Position numbers and translations under genes: made by a program. Below, piece by piece: positions 51,926 to 64,000 of a DNA stretch of 64,000 bases. Within the stretch, counting starts at the first letter, position 1. Each line of letters opens with the position of its first letter. The stretch covers positions 196,912,001 to 196,976,000 of the forward strand of contig NW_027362768.1 in NCBI RefSeq assembly GCF_046119375.1. Reading direction: 5' to 3'. This stretch comes from Phyllobates terribilis. Lineage: Eukaryota. The notes under the pieces are model-generated. The model was not told the DNA's origin. It was given only the letters and a program-made list of their open reading frames with translations, and did no database searches.

Positions 51926-53097
51926 AATTAGTGCCGTGCGTGTCTAGCTTACTATACATGTATTTAGCTAATCATTTAATAAATTAAAGAAAAAAATGGA
52001 GTGGGGTCCCCCTTAATAATTAAAGAGAAAAATGGCGTGGGATCCCCCTTAATAATTAAAGAAAAAAAATGGCGTAGTGTCCCCCTTAATATTTAAAGAC
52101 AAAAATGGCATGGGGGTCCCCCTTAATTTTCTTAATCAGCTGAGGGAAAGCTGATCGCTGGGGGCTGATGTTTACAGTCTAGGATGGGGGTAATAAACAT
52201 GGAACTTCCAATATCCATGGCCCCTTACTAGGCTATTAATATCAGTTCACAGCTGTCTACTTAGCCTTAACTGGCTGTTAACAAGGGTTGACCCACAAAA
52301 AAATGATGTGGGATCCCCTATTTTTTAATAACCAGCAAAGCCTAGGCGGACTGCTACGGGCTGATATTAATAGCCTAGGAAGGGGCCATGGATATTGGCC
52401 CCCTCCCAGACAAAAACATCAGCCCTCAGCCGCCTCAGAAATGGCGCATCCATTAGATGCCCCAATTCTGGTGCTTAGCCGTGTCTCTTCCCACTTGTCG
52501 GTGGCAAGTGGGGTAATAGGGTTGAGGTTGATGTCTGCCTTGTATTGGCAGCCAGGTGTCTCCAGTACTAACCCCTGGGCTTGATGTTAGCTGCCAATAC
52601 AAAGCTGACATCAACCCCAACCCCACTACCCCACTTGCCACCACACCAGGGCAAGTGGGAAGAGCCAAGGCTAAGCGCCAGAATTGACGCATCTAATGGA
52701 TGCGCCGTTTCTAGGGCAACTGAGGGCTGATGTTCTTTGTCTGGGAGGGGGCCAATATCTATGACCCCATCCTAGGCTATTAATATCAGCCCACAGCTGT
52801 CTGCTCAGCCTTTTCTGGTTATTAAAAATAGGAGGGACTCCACGTCATTTTTTGGGTGGTCCCCCTTGTTAATAACTAGTAAAGGCTAAGTAGACAGCTG
52901 TGAGCTGATATTAATAGCCTGGGAAGCTCCATGTTTATTACCAACTTCCCAGACTATAAACATCAGCCCCCAGCTGTTGGCTTTCCGTCTGCTGGTTAAT
53001 AAAATTTCAGGGGATCCCACGCCATTTTTTTCTTTAATTTATTTAATTAATAAATAGCTACATACAAGTACAGTTAGCTACACGCACTGCACTAATT
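51926..53097. mobile_element. Long fold-back / palindromic non-autonomous element (arms about 500-630 bp, loop about 37 bp)
   Basis: Arms are diverged reverse complements throughout, e.g. GCTGATATTAATAGCCTAGGA / TCCTAGGCTATTAATATCAGC; the loop is about 52553-52589. Confidence 0.8.
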
Positions 53098-53613
53098 AAA
53101 TATCTCAATGACCTCTTTCTATCTATTCTATTCTGATGGTTCACGCTGTGAATTTATTGTATTTGGCTAATAAAATGTCGGGTTTCCTATGATGTGTGCA
53201 TTAAACTCACATGGCACACGCATGGTCCATGTGCCGTGCAATATTTTTTTTTCTATCGCACCCATTGACTTTCATTGGTGAGTCTCGGACGTTTTACGCG
53301 GCCATTCACAGCATGCTGCAAAGTTTTCCTCACCCCAATTCCCGGTGAGGAAACACTCGCAGATGAGCCCTGCCTCACTGAATAACACTATGGCGAGTGC
53401 AGTGCGAGGTTTTCTCACCTTGCACTCGCTGAGTTTAACGCTGATGTGAGCGCACCCTCAGGCCGGAGCTCAGCAGCGTCTCTGCAGAACTATTATTATT
53501 GGACGCTCAGATCTGCAATTCATAAAGTGAACGAAAACCTAAAAACAGAAAGTCTGATCATAGCAACTGGCGGGACAGGAAACCTTCTCAGAACAACTCA
53601 CAAAGTAAAAGCT

Positions 53614-54163
53614 GAGCTCTGATTGGCTGTGTTGGGCGACATGAGCTCTGATTGGCTGCGTTGGGCGACATGAGCTCTGATTGGCTGCTTTGGGCGACAT
53701 GAGCTCTGATTGCCTGCGTTGGGCGACATGAGCTCTGATTGGCTTCGTTGGGTGACATGAGCTCTGATTGGCTGCTTTGGGCGACATGAGCTCTGATTGG
53801 CTGCGTTGGGTGACATGAGCTCTGATTGGCTGCGTTGGGCGACATGAGCTCTGATTGGCTGCGTTGGGCGACATGAGCTCTGATTGGCTTCGTTGGGCGA
53901 CATGAGCTCTGATTGGCTTCGTTGGGCGACATGAGCTCTGATTGGCTGCGTTGGGCGACATGAGCTCTGATTGGCTGCGTTGGGCGACATGAGCTCTGAT
54001 TGGCTGCGTTGGGCGACATGAGCTCTGATTGGCTGCGTTGGGCGACATGAGCTCTGATTGGCTTCGTTGGGCGACATGAGCTCTGATTGGCTTCGTTGGG
54101 CGACATGAGCTCTGATTGGCTTCGTTGGGTGACATGAGCTCTGATTGGCTGCATTGGGCGACA
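53614..54163. repeat. 29-bp minisatellite x19 with CTGATTGGCT (reverse CCAAT box)
   Basis: Unit GAGCTCTGATTGGCTGCGTTGGGCGACAT. Confidence 0.95.
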
Positions 54164-54247
54164 CGTCCTCATTTTAGTTTTTTTAATCAATAAAGTTACG
54201 ATTATTTCAATCCGTTTGTTCTCATATGAATATATGTTTATGTGCAG

Positions 54248-54301
54248 GTAAAATTGAGGCAGGAATATGATCTGAAGCTGAAGTCGTTTGCTCCACCTTA
54301 T
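54248..54301 (+). CDS. SPATA1: SPATA1 coding exon (54 bp)
   Basis: VKLRQEYDLKLKSFAPPY, similar to mammalian VKEKQESELKLKSFAPPY as I recall it; GCAG/GTAAGT boundaries. Confidence 0.9.
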
Positions 54302-54930
54302 GTAAGTAGATCTCGTCTCTCACCGCAATGTCCTTGGCTGAAGGTGTATATACTAATATACAGGGTGCAATCACTAATGCAAAACCTTCAGGCGCCTCCA
54401 TTTTACTGCTCTCTTCGTTCACTTGAACGCTGACCTGCTGTGTACGTGGCATACATCTGATATGTAACTTGCATCTTACTGATTGCAGAATAAAATGAAA
54501 GAAAAAAAGAAAGATTCTGGTGGAAGAAACCTTGACGTTCTATCACTAGACTATTATTAATGTATTGCTGCAGATTTTAATGCTGTTGCCTCTAATAATT
54601 AGAAAAGCAGTGGTCCCTGTGTAGTTTTGCCAGACACAGCGCCATTCTTGTCTATAGGCTGTGTCTGGTATTGCAGCTACCACTGAAATTGGGGCAGCAC
54701 CGGAGGCAGCACTGTGTCAGGTAACTATGTTTGGGGCTACACAATCCCTTTCAATGCGGCTTATATTTTCAGACTTAGATAATGTAGCAGACCGTCTGCA
54801 AATCAATTGATATGTAAATTATCTGGTCTTAGAAAATCCCTCCAAAGCCGTCAGGTGTCTCCTTTTCCTGTAACTTACTGTCCGCTGTGTGATGGCCAGC
54901 GTAATCCATCTGTAGCAGCAGAGGCGGAAT

Positions 54931-55430
54931 ACAGGAAGTAGGGGGTGGGGCTTTCTACCGCTGCAGGAAGTGGGGGTGGGGCTTTCTACCACTGCAGGAA
55001 GTGGGGGTGGGGCTTTTTACCGCTACAAGAAGTGGGGTGTGTGCCTTTGTACCACTACAGGAAGTGGGGGCGGTGTTTTGTACCTCTACAGGAAGTGGAG
55101 TGAAGCTTTGTACCGCTACAGGAAGTAGGGGTGGGGTTTTGTACCGCTACAGGAAGTGGGGGTGGGGTTTTGTAGCGCTACAGGAAGTGGAGTGAAGCTT
55201 TGTACTGCTACAGGAAGTGGGGGTGGGGTTTTGTGCCGCTACAGGAAGTGGGGTGAAGCTTTGTACCACTACAGGAAGTGGGGGTGGGGATTTGTACCGC
55301 TACAGGAAGTGGGGGTGGGGTTTTGTACTGCTACAGGAAGTGGGGTGAAGCTTTGTACCGCTACAGGAAGTGGGGGTGGGGTTTTGTACCGCTACAGGAA
55401 GTGGGGGTGGGGCTTTGTACCACTATAGGA
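54931..55430. repeat. 30/31-bp minisatellite, about 16 copies, with ACAGGAAGT (ETS motif)
   Basis: Units GTACCGCTACAGGAAGTGGGGGTGGGGTTTT and GTACCGCTACAGGAAGTGGAGTGAAGCTTT. Confidence 0.92.
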
Positions 55431-55438
55431 GCTTTGCA

Positions 55439-56030
55439 CAGTGGCATGTAAAAGTTTGGGCGCCCCTGGTCAAAATTACTGTTATTGTGAATAGTTAAGC
55501 AACTTGAAGATGAAATGATCTCTCAAAGGCCTAAAGTTAAAGATGACACATTTACTTTGTATTTTAGGCAAAAAATATATATATTTTAAAAATTACAAAA
55601 AGTAAACAGGGCCGATGCAAGAGTTTGTGCCCCCTGCATGGTTAGTACCTAGTAGCGCCCTCTTTTGCAAGTATCACAGCTTGTAAAGGCTTTTTGTAGC
55701 CAGACAAGAGACTTTCAGTTCTTGTCTGAGGGATTTTCTTCCGTTCTTCCTTAGAGAATTCTTCCAGTTCTGTGTGATTTCTGGGGCGTCTTGCATCCGC
55801 TGCTATTTTGAGGTCTAGCCACAGATTTTCAATGATGTTTAGATCAGGGGACTGTGAGGGCCATTGTAAAACCTTCAGCTTGCGCCTTTTGAGGTCGTCT
55901 ATTGTGGATTGTGACGTGTGTTTAGGATCATTATCCATTTGTAGAATCATCCTCTTTTTACCTTCAGCTTTTTTACAGATGGTGTTATGTTTGCATCAAG
56001 AATTTGTTGCAATTTGATTGAATCCATTCC
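55439..56030 (-). mobile_element. Truncated Tc1-like DD34E element (3' part)
   Basis: Terminus CAGTGGCATGTAAAAGTTTGGGCGCCCC; minus-strand QMDNDPKH...SPDLNIIENLW (34-aa spacing). A further piece, PTIKHGGGSIMLCGC, lies near 56340-56425. Confidence 0.85.
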
Positions 56031-56034
56031 TCTC

Positions 56035-56340
56035 ACCCAGCCAAACCAGAACTCACACTTTGCATTGACGAGGGGCAGTACACCGAAACACAGTGTCTTC
56101 AAATTGAATTTCTGTTTCTAGCTTATATCCTAAGTCATGTGATAAGGCTCCTTAAAGGGTCACTTTGAACTTTTAGGATTGCTACGTCCTGTAGGAGGCA
56201 CTAGAGTTCTAGTTCTCTTCCTCTCTGAAGAGGCAATTTGCATATTTCCCAGAGGAGCATTGCAGCTTTAAAAGTCTCCTCACCGTGACATGGTCAACAT
56301 GTCGCTCTCCGCAAGGAGCAATGTTACCCCTTAGAAATCC
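56035..56340 (+). mobile_element. Probable Penelope-like retroelement pLTR fragment inserted in the Tc1
   Basis: Non-Tc1 sequence between two collinear Tc1 pieces, carrying a minimal hammerhead-like motif. The family call is inferred from that motif. Confidence 0.4.
56059..56103 (+). ncRNA. Degenerate minimal type I hammerhead ribozyme motif
   Basis: TTTGCA-TTGACGA-GG(GGCAGTACA)CC-GAAA-CA(CAG)TG-TC-TTCAAA: core UUGACGA/GAAA, GUC cleavage triplet, stem I 5/6 paired, short stems II and III. Confidence 0.45.
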
Positions 56341-56929
56341 CTCAACCCTTGAAATGTTCCCCGTGCCATTGGCTGCAACACAACCGCAAAGCATGATTGA
56401 TCCTCCCCCATGCTTAATGGTTGGCGGGCAGGGTCGGATTGGGGCACCGGGACACCAGAGAATTCTCCGGTGGTCCCGGGTCCTCGGTGGGCCCCCCAAG
56501 CAGGATACATGGGGGCCTGCTGGTTAACATGGCTACCGGGGCACCTGCACTGGGGCCCGGAGGTGCAGGGGGGCACTTGCAGTGCTGCTGATAATGAGGG
56601 CAATCTGGCCTGCTTCTCAGACCCCCAGGCTCCGGGGGGCCCATGACCAGATTGCCCTCATCGTGTGCAGCGGGCAGGGAGCGATCCCTCCAGCTCTTCT
56701 GCTAACAGAAGGAAAATGGCAGCAGAGCTGAGGGATCCGTCCTCTGCTTCCTGCCCGGCACTTTCTTCCTGACACAGGCTCGTGCGGCTTAATGACGTCA
56801 GTATGCCGCGCGCCTGAGTCAGGGAGAAAGTTGCCAGCAATGAGGATGCTGCGAGGGAAAGAGCAGAGAGGTAAGTGTTTTTTTTTTTTTTTTTTTTTAA
56901 CTAATACACTGGGGATGAGGGAGAGAAAT

Positions 56930-59900
56930 AATGATGGAGGTGGTGGGGGAGATATGGCAATGATGATGGAAAAGGTGGGGGGAGATATGGCAATGATGAT
57001 GGAGGAGGTGGGGGAGATATGGCAATGATGATGGAGGAGGTGGGGGAGATATGGCAATGATGATGGAGGAGGTGGGGGGAGATATGGCAATGATGATGGA
57101 GGAGGTGGGGGAGATATGGCAATGATGATGGAGGAGGTGGGGGGAGATATGGCAATGATGATGGAGGAGGTGGGGGAGATATGGCAATGATGATGGAAAA
57201 GGTGGGGGGAGATATGGCAATGATGATGGAGGAGGTGGGGGAGATATGGCAATGATGATGGAGGAGGTGGGGGAGATATGGCAATGATGATGGAGGAGGT
57301 GGGGGAGATATGACAATGATGATGGAAGAGGTGGGGGGAGATATGGCAATGATGATGGAGGAGGTGGGGGAGATATGGCAATGATGATGGAAAAGGTGGG
57401 TGGAGATATGGCAATGATGATGGAGGAGGTGGGGGAGATATGGCAATGATGATGGAGGAGGTGGGGGGAGATATGGCAATAATGATGGAAGAGGTGGGGG
57501 GAGATATGGCAATAATGATGGAAGAGGTGGGTGGAGATATGGCAATGATGATGGAGGAGGTGAGGTGAGATATGGCAATGATGATGGAGGAGGTGGGGTG
57601 AGATATGGCAATGATGATAGAGGAGGTGGGGGAGATTTGGCAATGATCATGGAGGAGGTGAGGTGAGATATGGCAATGATGATGGAGGAGGTGGGGGAGA
57701 TATGGCAATAATGATGGAGGAGGTGGGGGAGATATGGCAATGATGGTGGAGGAGGTGGGGTGAGATATGGCAATGATGATGGAGGAGGTGGGGGAGATAT
57801 GGCAATGATGATGGAGGAGGTGGGGGAGATATGGCAATGATGATGGAGGAGGTGGGGGGAGATATGGCAATAATGATGGAAGAGGTGGGGGGAGATATGG
57901 CAATAATGATGGAAGAGGTGGGGGGAGATATGGCAATGATGATGGAGGAGGTGAGGTGAGATATGGCAATGATGATGGAGGACGTGAGGTGAGATATGGC
58001 AATGATGATGGAGGAGGTGGGGGAGATATGGCAATGATGATGGAGGAGGTGGGGGAGATATGGCAATGATGATGGAGGACGTGAGGTGAGATATGGCAAT
58101 GATGATGGAGGAGGTGGGGGAGATATGGCAATGATGATGGAGGAGGTGGGGGAGATATGGCAATGATGATGGAGGAGGTGGGGGGAGATATGGCAATGAT
58201 GATGGAGGAGGTGGGGGAGATATGGCAATGATGATGGAGGAGGTGGGGGGAGATATGGCAATGATGATGGAGGAGGTGGGGGAGATATGGCAATGATGAT
58301 GGAAAAGGTGGGGGGAGATATGGCAATGATGATGGAGGAGGTGGGGGAGATATGGCAATGATGATGGAGGAGGTGGGGGAGATATGGCAATGATGATGGA
58401 GGAGGTGGGGGAGATATGACAATGATGATGGAAGAGGTGGGGGGAGATATGGCAATGATGATGGAGGAGGTGGGGGAGATATGGCAATGATGATGGAAAA
58501 GGTGGGTGGAGATATGGCAATGATGATGGAGGAGGTGGGGGAGATATGGCAATGATGATGGAGGAGGTGGGGGGAGATATGGCAATAATGATGGAAGAGG
58601 TGGGGGGAGATATGGCAATAATGATGGAAGAGGTGGGTGGAGATATGGCAATGATGATGGAGGAGGTGAGGTGAGATATGGCAATGATGATGGAGGAGGT
58701 GGGGTGAGATATGGCAATGATGATGGAGGAGGTGGGGGAGATTTGGCAATGATCATGGAGGAGGTGAGGTGAGATATGGCAATGATGATGGAGGAGGTGG
58801 GGGAGATATGGCAATAATGATGGAGGAGGTGGGGGAGATATGGCAATGATGGTGGAGGAGGTGGGGTGAGATATGGCAATGATGATGGAGGAGGTGGGGG
58901 AGATATGGCAATGATGATGGAGGAGGTGGGGGAGATATGGCAATGATGATGGAGGAGGTGGGGGGAGATATGGCAATAATGATGGAAGAGGTGGGGGGAG
59001 ATATGGCAATAATGATGGAAGAGGTGGGGGGAGATATGGCAATGATGATGGAGGAGGTGAGGTGAGATATGGCAATGATGATGGAGGAGGTGAGGTGAGA
59101 TATGGCAATGATGATGGAGGAGGTGAGGTGAGATGGCAATGATGATGGAGGACGTGAGGTGAGATATGGCAATGATGATGGAGGAGGTGGGGGAGATATG
59201 GCAATGATCATGGAGGAGGTGAGGTGAGATATGGCAATGATGATGGAGGAGGTGGGGGAGATATGGCAATAATGATGGAGGAGGTGGGGGAGATATGGCA
59301 ATGATGGTGGAGGAGGTGGGGTGAGATATGCTAATGATGATGGAGGAGGTGGGGGAGATATGGCAATGATGATGGAGGAGGTGGGGGAGATATGGCAATG
59401 ATGATGGAGGAGGTGGGGGGAGATATGGCAATAATGATGGAAGAGGTGGGGGGAGATATGGCAATAATGATGGAAGAGGTGGGGGGAGATATGGCAATGA
59501 TGATGGAGGAGGTGAGGTGAGATATGGCAATGATGATGGAGGAGGTGGGGGAGATATGGCAATGATGATGGAGGAGGTGGGGGAGATATGGCAATGATGA
59601 TGGAGGAGGTGAGGTGAGATATGGCAATGATGATGGAGGAGGTGGGGTGAGATATGGCAATGATGATGGAGGAGGTGGGGGAGATATGGCAATGATGATG
59701 GATGAGGTGAGGGAGATATGGCAATGATGATGGAGGAGGTGGGGTGAGATTTGGCAATGATGATGGAGGAGGTGGGGGAGATATGGCAATAATGATGGAG
59801 GAGGTGGGGGAAACATGGCAATGATGATGGAGGAGGTGGGGTGAGATATGGCAATGATGATGGAGGAGGTGGGGTGAGATATGGCAATGATGATGGAGGA

Positions 59901-62900
59901 GGTGGGGGAGATATGGCAATGATGATGGAGGAGGTGGGAGAGATATGGCAATGATGATGGAGGAGGTGGGAGAGATATGGCAATGATGATGGAGGAGGTG
60001 GGGGGAGATATGGCAATGATGATGGAGGAGGTGGGGGGAGATATGGCAATGATGATGGAGGAGGTGGGGGAGATATGGCAATGATGATGGAGGAGGTGGG
60101 GGAGATATGGCAATGATGATGGAGGAGGTGGGGTGAGATATGGCAATGATGATGGAGGAGGTGGGGGAGATATGGCAATAATCATGGAGGAGGTGGGGGT
60201 GATATGGCAATGATGATGGAGGAGGTGGGAGAGATATGGTAATGATGATGGAGGAGGTGGGGGGAGATATCGCAATGATGATGGAGGAGGTGGGGGGAGA
60301 TATGGCAATGATGATGGAGGAGGTGGGGGAGATATGGCAATGATGATGGAGGAGGTGGGAGAGATATGGCAATGATGATGGAGGAGGTGGGAGAGATATG
60401 GCAATGATGATGGAGGAGGTGGACGGAGATATGGCAATAATGATGGAGGAGGTGGGGGAGATATGGCAATGATAATGGAGGAGGTGGGGGAGATATGGTA
60501 ATAATGATGGAGGAGGTGGGGGAGATATGGTAATAATGATGGAGGAGGTGGGGGGAGATAGGGCAATGATGATGGAGGAGGTGGGAGAGATATGGCAATG
60601 ATGATGGAGGAGGTGGGCGGAGATATGGCAATAATGATGGAGGAGGTGGGGGAGATATGGCAATGATGATAGAGGAGGTGGGGGAGATATGGTAATAATG
60701 ATGGAGGAGGTGGGGGGAGATTGGGCAATGATGATGGAGGAGGTGGGGGAGATATGGCAATGATGATGGAGGAGGTGGGGGGAGATATGGCAATGATGAT
60801 GGAGGAGGTGGGGGAGATATGGCAATGATGATGGAGGAGGTGGGGGGAGATATGGTAATGATGATGGAGGTGGGAGGAGATATGGTAAAGATGATGGAGG
60901 TGGGGGGAGATATGGTAATGATGATGGAGATGGTGGGGGAGATATGGCAATGATGATGGAGGAGGTGGGGGGAGATATGGCAATGATGATGGAGGAGGTG
61001 GGGGGAGATATGGTAATGATGATGGAGGTGGGGGGAGATATGGTAATGAAGATCGATGAGGTGGGGGGAGATATGGCAATGATGATGGAGGAGGTGGGGG
61101 AGATATGATAATGATGATGGAAGAGGTGGGGGGAGATATGGCAATGATGATGGAGGAGGTGGGGGAGATATGGTAATGATGATGGAAGAGGTCAGGGGAG
61201 ATATGGCACTGATGATGGAGGAGGTGGGGGAGATATGGCAATGATGATGGAGGAGGTGGGTGGATATGGCAATGATGATGGAGGAGGTGGGGGGAGATAT
61301 GGCAATGATGATGGAGGAGGTGGGGTGAGATATGGCAACGATGATGGAGGAGGTGGGAGAGATATGGCAATGATGATGGAGGAGGTGGGGGGAGATATGG
61401 CAATGATGATAGAGGAGGTGGGGGGAGATATGGCAATGATGATGGAGGAGGTGGGGGAGATATGGCAATGATGATGGAGGAGGTGGGGGAGATATGGCAA
61501 TGATGATGGAGGAGGTGGGGTGAGATATGGCAATGATGATGGAGGAGGTGGGGGAGATATGGCAATAATGATGGAGGAGGTGGGGGTGATATGGCAATGA
61601 TGATGGAGGAGGTGGGAGAGATATGGTAATGATGATGGAGGAGGTGGGGGGAGATATCGCAATGATGATGGAGGAGGTGGGGGGAGATATGGCAATGATG
61701 ATGGAGGAGGTGGGGGAGATATGGCAATGATGATGGAGGAGGTGGGAGAGATATGGCAATGATGATGGAGGAGGTGGGAGAGATATGGCAATGATGATGG
61801 AGGAGGTGGACAGAGATATGGCAATAATGATGGAGGAGGTGGGGGAGATATGGCAATGATAATGGAGGAGGTGGGGGAGATATGGTAATAATGATGGAGG
61901 AGGTGGGGGAGATATGGTAATAATGATGGAGGAGGTGGGGGGAGATAGGGCAATGATGATGGAGGAGGTGGGAGAGATATGGCAATGATGATGGAGGAGG
62001 TGGGCGGAGATATGGCAATAATGATGGAGGAGGTGGGGGAGATATGGCAATGATGATAGAGGAGGTGGGGGAGATATGGTAATAATGATGGAGGAGGTGG
62101 GGGAGATAGGGCAATGATGATGGAGGAGGTGGGGGAGATATGGCAATGATGATGGAGGAGGTGGGGGGAGATATGGCAATGATGATGGAGGAGGTGGGGG
62201 AGATATGGCAATGATGATGGAGGAGGTGGGGGGAGATATGGTAATGATGATGGAGGTGGGAGGAGATATGGTAAAGATGATGGAGGTGGGGGGAGATATG
62301 GTAATGATGATGGAGATGGTGGGGGAGATATGGCAATGATGATGGAGGAGGTGGGGGGAGATATGGCAATGATGATGGAGGAGGTGGGGGGAGATATGGT
62401 AATGATGATGGAGGTGGGGGGAGATATGGTAATGATGATGGAGGAGGTGGGGGAGATATGATAATGATGATGGAAGAGGTGGGGGGAGATATGGCAATGA
62501 TGATGGAGGAGGTGGGGGAGATATGGTAATGATGATGGAAGAGGTCAGGGGAGATATGGCACTGATGATGGAGGAGGTGGGGGAGATATGGCAATGATGA
62601 TGGAGGAGGTGGGTGGATATGGCAATGATGATGGAGGAGGTGGGGGGAGATATGGCAATGATGATGGAGGAGGTGGGGTGAGATATGGCAACGATGATGG
62701 AGGAGGTGAGGTGAGATATGGCAATGAAGATGGAGGAGGTGGGGTGAGATATGGCAATGATGATGGAGGAGGTGGAGGGAGATATTACAATGATGATGGA
62801 GGAAGTGGGGGGAGGTATGGCACTGATGATGGAGGAGGTGGGGGAGATATGGCAATGATGATGGAGGAGGTGGGTGGATATGGCAATGATGATGGAGGAG

Positions 62901-64000
62901 GTGGGGGGAGATATGGCAATGATGATGGAAGAGATGGGGGGAGATATGGCAATGATGATGGAGGAGGTGAGGTGAGATATGGCAATGATGATGGAGGAGG
63001 TGGAGTGAGATGGCAATGATGATGGAGGAGGTGGGTGGATATGGCAATGATGATGGAGGAGGTGGAGGGAGATATGACAATGATGATGGAGGAGGTGGGG
63101 GAGATATGGCAATGATGATGGAGGAGGTGGGGGAGATATGGTAATGATGATGGAGGAGGAGGGGAAGATATGGCAATGATGATGGAAGAGATGGGGGGAG
63201 ATATGGCAATGATGATGGAAGAGGTGGGGGAGATATGGTAATGATGATGGAGGAGGTGGGGGGATATGGCAATGATGATGGAAGAGATGGCGTGAGATAT
63301 GGCAATGATGATGGAGGAGATGGGGGAGATATGGCAATGATGATGGAAGAGATGGGGGGAGATATGGCAATGATGGTGGAGGAGGTGGGGGAGATATGGC
63401 AATGATGGTGGAGGAGGTGGGGGAGATATGGCAATGATGAAGGAAGAGACGGGGGGAAATATGGCAATGATGATGGAGGAGGTGGGGGGAGATATGGCAA
63501 TGATGATGGAGGAGGTGGGGGAGATATGGCAATGATGATGGAGGAGGTGGGGGGGAGATATGGTAATGATGATGGAGGAGGTGGGGGGAGATATGATGAT
63601 GATGGAGGAGGGGGGAGATATGGTAATGATGATGGAAGAGGTGTGGGGAGATATGGCAATGATGACGGAGGAAGTGGGGAGAGATATGGCAATGATGATG
63701 GAAGAGGTGGGGGGAGATATGGCAATGATGATGGAGGAGGTGGAGGAAGATATGGCAATGATGATGGAGGAGATGGGGTGAGATATGGCAATGATGATGG
63801 AGGAGATGGGGTGAGATATGGCAATGATGATGGAGGAGATGGGGTGAGATATGGCAATGATGATGGAGGAGATGGGGTGAGATATGGCAATGATGATCGA
63901 GGAGGTGGAGTGAGATATGGCAATGATGATGGAGGAGGTGGGGGAGATATGTCAATGATGATGGAGGAGGTGGGAGGAGATATGGCAATGATGATGGAGG
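56930..64000. repeat. Minisatellite over 7 kb with ~31-32 bp units (GAGATATGGCAATGATGATGGAGGAGGTGGGG), running off the window
   Basis: About 220 units with kb-scale internal duplications. It is preceded by a hAT-like terminus CAGGGTCGGATT at 56429. Confidence 0.97.

Noticed and set aside
56700-56875. Exon-like segment ending in GGTAAG as the next SPATA1 exon
   Set aside because: The translation does not resemble the expected continuation (ALQPELYLLP-like), and it appears to be part of the repeat element that precedes the array.
56617-63988. ORFs of 690-1530 aa rich in His, Pro, Ser and Ile
   Set aside because: They are translations of a stop-free ~31-bp minisatellite and are open in several frames at once, so they give no evidence of coding.

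Overview
Vertebrate genomic DNA, very likely from a frog (inferred from the repeat families and gene sequences). It holds four host genes in the same order and orientation as human 1p22: the last three coding exons of DNASE2B (+), complete RPF1 (9 coding exons, 346 aa, +), complete GNG5 (68 aa, -, with an intron in the 3' UTR) and the first four coding exons of SPATA1 (+, head-to-head with GNG5). The rest is transposons and tandem repeats. These include a near-intact, very young chromovirus (sushi/Tf1-group Gypsy) with a self-priming signature nested in a MITE inside an older inverted repeat, and an intact DD35E Tc1/mariner. Also present are two decayed DD34E Tc1 copies, hAT and Harbinger-like MITEs, a 5'-truncated L2 LINE with a 9x amplified 3' UTR segment, a V-SINE, a probable Penelope fragment with a degenerate minimal hammerhead ribozyme, long fold-back elements and about 12 minisatellites. 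Several minisatellites in and near SPATA1 are built from canonical AP-1, NF-Y or ETS motifs. The very long ORFs in the track beyond 35 kb, apart from the Tc1 transposase, are repeat artefacts. All family and gene assignments come from recognition by eye, with no database search. I found no clearly new system; the best leads are listed as findings.
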